From Acidobacteriota bacterium (lineage in GTDB: Bacteria; Acidobacteriota; Vicinamibacteria; Vicinamibacterales; UBA2999): a DNA stretch of 64,000 nt. Made by a program: the position numbers and the translations under genes. Under the pieces are notes generated by a model, which did not search any database, had not been told where the DNA came from, and saw only the letters and a list, made by a program, of their open reading frames with translations. The DNA is taken from positions 24,214 to 88,213 of the forward strand of contig JANMDX010000018.1 of NCBI GenBank assembly GCA_031376505.1, given 5' to 3'. This document shows, one piece after another, positions 28,496-36,400 of the stretch (positions within the stretch are counted from its first letter, which is position 1; every line of letters begins with the position of its first letter).

Positions 28496-30508
28496 ATGAG
28501 TGACACACCGATGAAGCTGCTCTACACCGCCCTGCACATGCTGCCGCTGCTGGCGATGCTGTCCAATGCGTCCGACCTGCGCGCTCAGACGCCTGGTGCG
28601 CTGCCTGACGCGCCCGACGGCACGCTGGTTGTCGCCGGCAGGGTGACAAGCGTCGAAGCGCGCTGGGACGACCGGTCCCGCACGATTCACTCGTATGTGG
28701 CGCTCGACGTCGCCCGTGCCCTGCTCGGCATCGACGTGCCGTCACGGTTGGTGCTCGAACACCTTGGCGGCGAGACCGGCGGCATCGGCATGTGGGTCGC
28801 CGAGCAGGCGGCGTTCCGGGTGGGCGAAGACGTGCTCGTCGTACTCACCGCACGTCCGGGCGATCGTTCACTGCACACCGTGGGACTCGGCCGCGGCAAG
28901 TGGACGCTCGACACCAGCGCGATTGGCGGCCCGGTCGCGGGCGCGTCGCTGTCGCAGAGTGGCGCCTCGCCCACCATTTCCATCGCCGAAGCCGACCGGC
29001 GCCTCGCCCTCCGACCGCGTCAGGCCCTGCAGGTCTACGACGCGACGCCACCGGAGTTCGCGGCGTTCACGCGCCAGGCGGCGCCCGCGTTTGCGTACCT
29101 GCCAACCGACGGCGGCTATCCCGCGCGGTGGCACGAGGTGGACGAACGAACGCCCGTGTCGGTGGACCTGTCACCGCTGCCGGCCTCCTGGACCCACGCA
29201 AGTCCGGCCAATGCCACCGCCGCCATCAACCTGTGGCGAGGTTCCGGCATGGACCTCAACCTGCAGCAAGGCGGGACGTTCTCCGGTCAGTGCTCGGCCA
29301 TCTTCACCGGCAACGGACGCATTGCCGTGTCGTACAATCCGTGCCCGCAACCCATTAGTGACTGGGTCGTAGGCGGTGGGTACTACACCACCGGCGACCT
29401 GCGCACGGTGAACGGCACGACGTTCCAGAAGTTCATTCAGGGCTTCGTGATTCTCGACGACACCGGTCCACAGTCAAGCTCCGCGGGCTGTTTTCAAGAC
29501 GCCGTGACGCACGGCCTCGGCCACGCGCTGGGCCTGGGCCATACGACGAGCAGCGGCGCCATCATGCAGGCGGGGCCGAACTGTGGCGCCAGTCCAGCGG
29601 GTCTTGGCGCCGACGACATCTCGGGCATCACCGCGATCTATTCGGGTATTGCAAGCGGTCCGTTTCCGCCCGCCGCGCCGACGAACTTCAGCGTGACGGC
29701 GGCGCTCTCCACCGTGGCGCTCTCGTGGACACCCGCGGCGACGGGCGGGCCGGCGCAGCGCTACATCGTCGATGCCGGCAACACCGTGCCGGGCGTCTAC
29801 AATCTCGGGTCCACCACGTTTCCTGCCTCGACGACGTCCACGAGTGTCGGCGGCGTGCCAGTCGGAACGTATTACCTGCGCGTGCGCGCGCAGAATGCCA
29901 TTGGCACGAGCCCGCCCTCGGCGGAGCGTTTCGTGACTGTCGGCGCCTGCACACCGCCGAGCCGTCCCGGGACACTCACCGCGTCGTCGCTCGACACCCT
30001 CGTGAATCTCGGGTGGTCTGCGCCCGCGACGGGAGTGACCCAAGGCTACCAACTCGCTGTCGGCACGGCTCCGGGGCTCGCCAATCTTGGGGCGCAGAAC
30101 TACCCCGCCACGGTCACCGCGCTTTCTGGACCGGCGCCGTATGGCACCTACTTCGTTCGCGTGCTGGCCACCAATGTCTGTGGCGTCAGCCCGCCGTCAA
30201 ACGAAGTGACGCTGGTAGTACAACCGTGCGCGGCGGCACCGCAGGCGCCGACCGGGCTGGCCATCGCGAAGAGCGGCACGTTCCTGACGATCACCTGGAA
30301 CGCGCCAGCCGGCACCCCGCCCACCGGCTACACGCTGGCCGTCGGCAGCATGCCTGGGCTCAGCAATCTGGCCGTGCTCCCCACCGGCAACGCGAGTACC
30401 AGTCTGGCGGGCAACGCCCCACCGGGCCCGTATTACGTGCGAGTCATCGCGCAGAACGCCTGTGGGATGAGCGGGCCCTCGAACGAAGTCTTCGTCACCG
30501 TACCGTGA
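28496..30508 (+). CDS. Secreted matrixin (M10 metzincin)-like protein with HGxxH motif and three FN3-like modules (paralog C)
   Basis: Signal-like N-terminus (MKLLYTALHMLPLLAMLSNASDLRAQ). Metzincin signature HGLGHALGLGH, a Met-turn (GAIM) and LGADDISGITAIYSG. Three modules of the same type as in A and B follow. The start is 28496 or 28511. The longer track ORF runs through the terminator hairpin. Confidence 0.8.
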   Translation: MSDTPMKLLYTALHMLPLLAMLSNASDLRAQTPGALPDAPDGTLVVAGRVTSVEARWDDRSRTIHSYVALDVARALLGIDVPSRLVLEHLGGETGGIGMWVAEQAAFRVGEDVLVVLTARPGDRSLHTVGLGRGKWTLDTSAIGGPVAGASLSQSGASPTISIAEADRRLALRPRQALQVYDATPPEFAAFTRQAAPAFAYLPTDGGYPARWHEVDERTPVSVDLSPLPASWTHASPANATAAINLWRGSGMDLNLQQGGTFSGQCSAIFTGNGRIAVSYNPCPQPISDWVVGGGYYTTGDLRTVNGTTFQKFIQGFVILDDTGPQSSSAGCFQDAVTHGLGHALGLGHTTSSGAIMQAGPNCGASPAGLGADDISGITAIYSGIASGPFPPAAPTNFSVTAALSTVALSWTPAATGGPAQRYIVDAGNTVPGVYNLGSTTFPASTTSTSVGGVPVGTYYLRVRAQNAIGTSPPSAERFVTVGACTPPSRPGTLTASSLDTLVNLGWSAPATGVTQGYQLAVGTAPGLANLGAQNYPATVTALSGPAPYGTYFVRVLATNVCGVSPPSNEVTLVVQPCAAAPQAPTGLAIAKSGTFLTITWNAPAGTPPTGYTLAVGSMPGLSNLAVLPTGNASTSLAGNAPPGPYYVRVIAQNACGMSGPSNEVFVTVP

Positions 30509-30518
30509 GCGCGCCTTC

Positions 30519-31490
30519 ATGATGCCCGAGCCGTTGCCGCTAGCCGACTTGCCGCGCGAGCACTTCTTGGCTTTGCTCGAGGCACATGCCTTCAAGCCGT
30601 ACCGCCAGTACCGGACCTACTCGCGGAAAGAGCAGCTCGCGATTCTGCAGGCGGAAGTCGACAGCACCCTCGCTATTTCAGGCGACTTCAGCCGCGTGGT
30701 CGGCGCTGACTCGCCCCGCGCCGCAGTCGTTGCGCGGCCACTCGCGTGGGACACGGCGTTTTTCGGCGTGTCCATGGCGCGCATCGACGGCGTGCTCGTC
30801 GCGCCCGAGGCGACGCGCGAGGATCGAATTGCGGTGGTCCAGGCCACCTGCAGCGCCGCTCGCGCCGCCGGCATCCGCCACCTCACCGCGCGGGTCGATG
30901 TGGCCGACCTCGACACGTTGGGCGTGCTCGAGGACCACGGCTTTCGCACGATGGATGCGCTCGTGACCTACATCATGCGGCCGGTGAAGGACCCGCCGCG
31001 CGACGTGCGCACCGTCGGGGTGATTCGCGAATCGCGCACGGACGATCATCCCGCCATTCTCGAGATCACTCGTGAGGCATACGAGGGCTACCGGGGACGC
31101 TTCCACCTCGACCCGCACCTCTCGTCGGCCCGCGCTGACGAGCTCTACGTGGAGTGGGCACGGCAGTGCGTGAGCGGCGCGATGTCCGACATCATCATGG
31201 TGGCCGAGGATTCGCTCGGCCGCCTGCAAGGGTATCTGGCGTACCGCCGCCGCGAGCCCGCCTCGAGCCTCGGCATGCCGATTTTCGGGGGCGGCCTCGG
31301 CGCGTGCCGGCGCGATTCCCCCGGGGCGTATGCCAGTCTCATCCGCGACGCCACGATCTGGTCGCATGCCCGTGGCGGCATGGGCGAGTACCAGACGCAG
31401 AATTACAACTTCCCGGTCATTCGCGTCTACGAAGCCGCTGGCGCCCACTACGTGCGTGCCGAATACACGCTCCATGCATGGCTTGGATGA
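30519..31490 (+). CDS. GNAT-family N-acetyltransferase, WecD (dTDP-fucosamine acetyltransferase)-like, two-domain
   Basis: PLAWDTAFFGV resembles the WecD N-terminal motif, with a GNAT-like C-terminal half. No signal peptide is present. It starts 10 nt after paralog C. Confidence 0.55.
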   Translation: MMPEPLPLADLPREHFLALLEAHAFKPYRQYRTYSRKEQLAILQAEVDSTLAISGDFSRVVGADSPRAAVVARPLAWDTAFFGVSMARIDGVLVAPEATREDRIAVVQATCSAARAAGIRHLTARVDVADLDTLGVLEDHGFRTMDALVTYIMRPVKDPPRDVRTVGVIRESRTDDHPAILEITREAYEGYRGRFHLDPHLSSARADELYVEWARQCVSGAMSDIIMVAEDSLGRLQGYLAYRRREPASSLGMPIFGGGLGACRRDSPGAYASLIRDATIWSHARGGMGEYQTQNYNFPVIRVYEAAGAHYVRAEYTLHAWLG

Positions 31491-31558
31491 GGCCGGAAGC
31501 CGGGTTGTGCTACGATTCAGGGGTTGTCACGCTCGGCCGACAACGCGCCAGGGTCTTT

Positions 31559-31634
<76 letters not shown>

Positions 31635-31674
31635 TCACCCACCCCGGTTCATCACAACCCCGTATACTGAAGGC

Positions 31675-32355
31675 GTGACTACCCGTCACGGCTCACGATG
31701 GCTCCTGCTCGCGCTGGCGCTGTTCGGGACGGTCGGCACGAGTGCCGCTCGGTCGCTGGCAACGGCTCTTGGCCCCGCTGAGCTTGCCCGCCGGGTGCAG
31801 GCCCGATACGACGGGGTGCGCGACTTCGAAGCCGCCTTCACCCAGACCTATGAGGGCGGCGTGCTGCGCACCAGGACCACGGAGCGCGGCACGGTCGTCA
31901 TCAAACGGCCCGGCCGGATGCGCTGGCTCTACGAGGCACCCGAGCGGAAGGAGTTCGTGTCGGACGGCGTCACGATCTACGCCTACTTCCCGGCGGACAA
32001 GCAGGTCATGGTCAGTCCCGCCCCGACGGGCGCCGACACCACGCCGGCACTGTTTCTCACGGGTCAGGCCAATCTGGTCCGCGATTTCGACGCCTCGGCG
32101 ATGGACGTGCCCGGCGCGGCTCCTGGCTTGTTCGGGCTGAAGCTCGTGGCCAGGCGGCCGGATCCTGATTTCGAGTGGCTGGCCATTGCCGTGGACCCCA
32201 CGACCTATCAGATTCGCCACCTGGTTGCGCTGGATCGGCAGGGGGGCCGGTCCACGTTCGTGTTTGCGAATCTGAAGGAAAACCAGCGTCCGCCCGATAC
32301 ACTATTCGCATTCCGCGTCCCGAAAGGCGTGGACGTCATCACCAATGGCCGCTAG
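31675..32355 (+). CDS. lolA: Outer-membrane lipoprotein carrier protein LolA
   Basis: Signal peptide plus a LolA-type pattern (FEAAFTQTY.., IKRPGRMRWLYEAPERKEFVSDG..IYAYFPADKQV). The start is GTG at 31675, trimmed from the track ORF, which would run through the tRNA. Confidence 0.8.
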   Translation: MTTRHGSRWLLLALALFGTVGTSAARSLATALGPAELARRVQARYDGVRDFEAAFTQTYEGGVLRTRTTERGTVVIKRPGRMRWLYEAPERKEFVSDGVTIYAYFPADKQVMVSPAPTGADTTPALFLTGQANLVRDFDASAMDVPGAAPGLFGLKLVARRPDPDFEWLAIAVDPTTYQIRHLVALDRQGGRSTFVFANLKENQRPPDTLFAFRVPKGVDVITNGR

Positions 32356-34195
32356 CCGCCGTCGCCACGACCGCCTTGCCGCTGCCGTGCTCGCCGCACT
32401 GCTGGCGACGGCGTGCGCCTCGACGAGTGCGCTCACCCACGCCCGCGCGGCCGAACAGCAGCAAGACTACGACCTGGCCGTTGCAGAGTACACGAAGGCG
32501 GCGCGCGCCAAGCCCAGCGACCGGAGTGTGCGCCTGGCGCTCGACCGCGCCAAGCTGCGGGCCTCGCAAGACCATTTTTCCCGCGCCCGCCGGCATGCCG
32601 CAACCGGTCGTGCCGAAGAAGCGCTCATCGAATATCAGCTCGCTGCGGAGTTGAACCCCGCCAGCGGCGACATTCAGAACGAGTTGCGCACGCTCCGCAC
32701 CCAGATGCGCACCCAGGTGGCCCTCGACCGGGGCGGCAAGACCACGCTCGAAGCCCTCATCAGAGACAGCCTGGCCGCGCCGCTCCCGGGCGCCGACCTG
32801 CCCGCCGATGTCACCCTGCCCGATTCCCTCGTCTTTCGCGAGGCGGGCGCGCGCGACGTGTTTACTGCGATCGGCAAGTTCGCGAACCTCAGCGTGATCT
32901 TCGACCCCGCGTTCCGCGACACCCCGGTCAGCATCGACTTGCGTAAGGCGCCGCTGGCCGACGCGCTCAACGCGGTCGGCACGGTAACGCGCACGTTCTG
33001 GCGCGTGGCCGCGCCGCGCCCGATCGCGATCGTGCCCGACACGGCCCCCAAGCCCCGCGAGTACGAGGAAGAGATCGTGCGCACCTTCTTCCTCAGTAAC
33101 GCTGATCTGAAAGAGACCGTCGACGTGCTGCGCATCGTGGTCGATGCGCGCCGGCTCGCGCCCGTCGCTGCCAGCAACGCCATTACCATCAAGGACACGC
33201 CCGAGCGCGTCGCCGCGGCGGGCCGCATCATTCAGGCCATCGACAAGGCGCGCCCCGAGGTGGTCATCGACGTGGAGCTGCTGGAAGTGGACCGCACGCG
33301 TCTGCGCGACTATGGCATGCAGATCGCCTCGCCGACGGCGGCACCCACCGGCCTGGACGGCCAGGTGGCCGTGGGCAGCGACAGCTTGACGCTACGCGAC
33401 CTGCGCAACCTCACGACCTCGGACGTGCTCCTCACGAACCTGCCGGGCTTGTTCTACCGGCTGCTCAAAAGCGACACCAACACCCGCACGCTGGCCAATC
33501 CGCAGCTGCGCACGTCGGAAGGCATCTCGGCGCAGGCGCGTTTCGGCGAGCGCGTGCCGGTACCGGTCACCACCTTTGCGCCCATCGCCGCTGGCGGCGT
33601 CCAGACCCAGCCCATCACCTCGTTCAACTACGAGAACATCGGCGTCAACATCGACATCACGCCGCGCACGCATCACGATGACGACGTCACCCTGGCGGTG
33701 AAGATCGAGGTCAGCAGCATCTCTGGCAGCGGCTTCGGCGGTCTACCTACGTTCGGCAACCGGTCCATTACGACCGTGATCCGCCTGCGCGACGGCGAGA
33801 CCAACATGCTGGCCGGTCTCATCCGCGACGAAGAGCGCAAGGTGCTCTCGGGCATCCCGGGACTGAGCGACATCCCGATCCTTGGGCGGCTGTTCGCCTT
33901 CAATCGTATCGAGACACAAGAAACCGACATCATCCTGACGCTCACGCCGCACATCGTGCGCGTGCTCGACCTCACCGAGGCCGACGTCCGGGCGTTCCGC
34001 GTGGGACGCGATACGGGGACGTCGGTCATCGACGCGCCGATTCCGCCCGCCAATCGGCCACCCGGCGGGGACGCGCCTGCCCCTGCGGCCGCGCCGCCGG
34101 CGGCCCCAGCCGGGCCGTCGTTGCGCCCGTTGCCGCCAGCGCCCGGCCCCGCTTCGCCCCTGAAGCCGCCCCCGCCGCGTCCACCTGGCCGCTAG
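32345..34195 (+). CDS. Secretin-family outer-membrane protein with lipobox-like signal, N-terminal TPR-like region and Pro-rich tail
   Basis: N-terminus MAASRRRHDRLAAAVLAALLATAC. A TPR-like helical segment, secretin N-domains and a canonical secretin C-domain (LANPQLRT.., GIPGLSDIPILGRLF, DIILTLTPHIV). The ~55-aa C-terminal tail is Pro/Ala-rich. Confidence 0.85.
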   Translation: MAASRRRHDRLAAAVLAALLATACASTSALTHARAAEQQQDYDLAVAEYTKAARAKPSDRSVRLALDRAKLRASQDHFSRARRHAATGRAEEALIEYQLAAELNPASGDIQNELRTLRTQMRTQVALDRGGKTTLEALIRDSLAAPLPGADLPADVTLPDSLVFREAGARDVFTAIGKFANLSVIFDPAFRDTPVSIDLRKAPLADALNAVGTVTRTFWRVAAPRPIAIVPDTAPKPREYEEEIVRTFFLSNADLKETVDVLRIVVDARRLAPVAASNAITIKDTPERVAAAGRIIQAIDKARPEVVIDVELLEVDRTRLRDYGMQIASPTAAPTGLDGQVAVGSDSLTLRDLRNLTTSDVLLTNLPGLFYRLLKSDTNTRTLANPQLRTSEGISAQARFGERVPVPVTTFAPIAAGGVQTQPITSFNYENIGVNIDITPRTHHDDDVTLAVKIEVSSISGSGFGGLPTFGNRSITTVIRLRDGETNMLAGLIRDEERKVLSGIPGLSDIPILGRLFAFNRIETQETDIILTLTPHIVRVLDLTEADVRAFRVGRDTGTSVIDAPIPPANRPPGGDAPAPAAAPPAAPAGPSLRPLPPAPGPASPLKPPPPRPPGR

Positions 34196-35445
34196 ACCTT
34201 CGACACCCGTGCGCCGAGCGACTGCAGGCGCTCCACGAGCTTGCTGTAGCCCCGCTCTACCGTTTCGAGCGGCTCGACCCGGCTCTGGCCCTTGGCGGCC
34301 AGCGCCGCCGCGATAAGCGCCATGCCCGAGCGAATGTCGCGGCTATCGAGCGTCTTGCCCTTCAGCTTCGCCGGACCGGTCACGATGATGCGGTGCGGAT
34401 CGCACAGGAACAAGTCGGCGCCCATGCCGCTCATCTGCTCGAGTGCGAAGAGACGCAACTCATAGAGCCAGTCGTGCACCAGGGTGGCGCCCTCCGCCTG
34501 CGTCGCTAACACCGTCACCAGGCTGACGAGATCGCTCGGGAAGCCCGGCCACAGACCCGTGGTAAGGCGCCCGGCTCCGACCAGCGTCGAGGGCTCCACG
34601 GTGAGCACGTCGCCGTCCTGGCGGCACCGCACCGACAACTTGCGAAGCGTGGCGATCACCACCTCCATGTCGAGGGCACGGGCGCCACGGATTTCCACCT
34701 CGCCGCCCGTAATCGCGCCCACCACTGCCCAACTCCCCGCTTCGATGTAGTCGCCATACAGCGCCTTGCTCGCACCGCCAAGGCGGATGCCGCCCTCCAC
34801 GCGGATCGTGTGTGAACCAGCGCCTGTAATTCCCACGCCCATGAGCGCCAGGAATTCGCACAACTCAACGACATGCGGTTCGCAGGCGGCATGGCGGATC
34901 TCGGAGATCCCGGGCGCCGCGGCCGCAGCCAGAAGCGCCGTCTCGGTGCCGGTCACGGATGCCTCGTCAAGGTAGATCGACGCGGGCTTCAATCCCCTCG
35001 GCACTTCGAGCCGATGTCCGTCGCCCTCCACGTGCTCGGCGCCCATCGCCGTGAGGGCCTCCAGATGGGTGCGAATCGTGCGTCGGGCCGGAAAGTCGCC
35101 GCCCGGCGGCGCGACAAATGCCCGGCCGGTCCGCGCCAGCAGGGGGCCCAGCAGCAACACCGAGCCGCGCAATCGTCCGACCAGTGCCCGGTCTGGTTCG
35201 TGCGAACGCACCTCTTTGCACCGGATGTGCAGCGTGGGGCTCCCGATCCCCTCGACCTCCGCACCGAGATCGAGCAGCAAGCGCGCCATGACGTCCACGT
35301 CGACAATCCGCGGCACGTTCATGAGCACACACGGCTCGGACGTGAGCAGCGCGGCGGCCATGAGCGGCAAGGCCGCGTTCTTGTTGCCCTCGACGTCCAC
35401 CGCGCCTGACAAGCGGTGGCCGCCCTCGATGATCAACGTCGACAT
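34192..35445 (-). CDS. murA: UDP-N-acetylglucosamine 1-carboxyvinyltransferase
   Basis: MSTLIIEGGHRLSGAVDVEGNKNAALPLMAAALLT. The start is trimmed to ATG 35445. Confidence 0.95.
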   Translation of the reverse strand: MSTLIIEGGHRLSGAVDVEGNKNAALPLMAAALLTSEPCVLMNVPRIVDVDVMARLLLDLGAEVEGIGSPTLHIRCKEVRSHEPDRALVGRLRGSVLLLGPLLARTGRAFVAPPGGDFPARRTIRTHLEALTAMGAEHVEGDGHRLEVPRGLKPASIYLDEASVTGTETALLAAAAAPGISEIRHAACEPHVVELCEFLALMGVGITGAGSHTIRVEGGIRLGGASKALYGDYIEAGSWAVVGAITGGEVEIRGARALDMEVVIATLRKLSVRCRQDGDVLTVEPSTLVGAGRLTTGLWPGFPSDLVSLVTVLATQAEGATLVHDWLYELRLFALEQMSGMGADLFLCDPHRIIVTGPAKLKGKTLDSRDIRSGMALIAAALAAKGQSRVEPLETVERGYSKLVERLQSLGARVSKV

Positions 35446-35461
35446 GATGGATTCCCGTGGG

Positions 35462-36400
35462 TTACCAGGCGCCGAGCCTGACGATCTCCTCGCGCAGGGC
35501 GACGCCGAAGGCGTCGTGCACCCGCGCGCGGCACAACTCGATGAGAGCGGCGATGTCGGCCGCGGTGGCCGTGCCATCGTTCACGATGAAGTTGCCGTGC
35601 GTCAGCGAGACGCGCGCGCCGCCCACGACATGGCCCTTCAGGCCGGCCCGGTCGACGAGCGCCCCGGCCGACGCCGCGATGCCCTCGGGCACGCGGTCAC
35701 GCCCGGGCTGTGGATTCTGGAAGATGCAGCCGGCACTCGGCGAGGCGAGGGGTTGGGTCCGCTTGCGAAATGCCAGCGACGCCCTCGCCACAGCACGCAA
35801 GGCCTCCGGGTCGCAGCCGGGCCTGAGTCGAAAGGCAGCCCAGATCGCGACCTCGCCGGAACGCTGCAGCCGGCTCGTGTCGTAGGCAAACTCCATCCGG
35901 TCGTGGTCCACCTGTCGCAGGCCGCCGCCGCGGCCGGCGATGCGGACGCTCTCGACCAGGTCGCCGATGTTCGCCTTCTGCCAATGAGCATTGCCGTAGA
36001 TGGCGCCGCCGACGGTGCCAGGCGTGCCGGCCCAGGCCTCGGTCCCACCGAGGCCACGCGCGATGGACCACCGCACGAGGCCGTTCACCGTGACCGCCGC
36101 ATCAATCCGGACGAGGTCGCGGCCCACCATCTGCAACGTGCCGCCACGCGGCCGAATGACGAGCCCGCGCACGCCCGCGTCCGACACCAGGACGTTCGAA
36201 CCGCCACCGAGCATCGTGACCGGAACGCCGTGCGCGTGCGCCACCTTCAGCAGACGCACGACCACGTCGCCGTCCCGCGGTTCAACCAGCCACTCGGCCA
36301 GACCACCGACCTTGAACGTGGTGAGCGGCGCAAGCGGCGCGTCACCGTACACGGCCAGGTCCGGAAAGCCGTCGCGCAGCACGTCGCCAAATGCGCTCAT
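35462..36400 (-). CDS. murB: UDP-N-acetylenolpyruvoylglucosamine reductase
   Basis: FAD-binding PCMH domain (TFKVGGLAEW, GGGSNVL) and a MurB C-terminal domain. Confidence 0.93.
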   Translation of the reverse strand: MSAFGDVLRDGFPDLAVYGDAPLAPLTTFKVGGLAEWLVEPRDGDVVVRLLKVAHAHGVPVTMLGGGSNVLVSDAGVRGLVIRPRGGTLQMVGRDLVRIDAAVTVNGLVRWSIARGLGGTEAWAGTPGTVGGAIYGNAHWQKANIGDLVESVRIAGRGGGLRQVDHDRMEFAYDTSRLQRSGEVAIWAAFRLRPGCDPEALRAVARASLAFRKRTQPLASPSAGCIFQNPQPGRDRVPEGIAASAGALVDRAGLKGHVVGGARVSLTHGNFIVNDGTATAADIAALIELCRARVHDAFGVALREEIVRLGAW

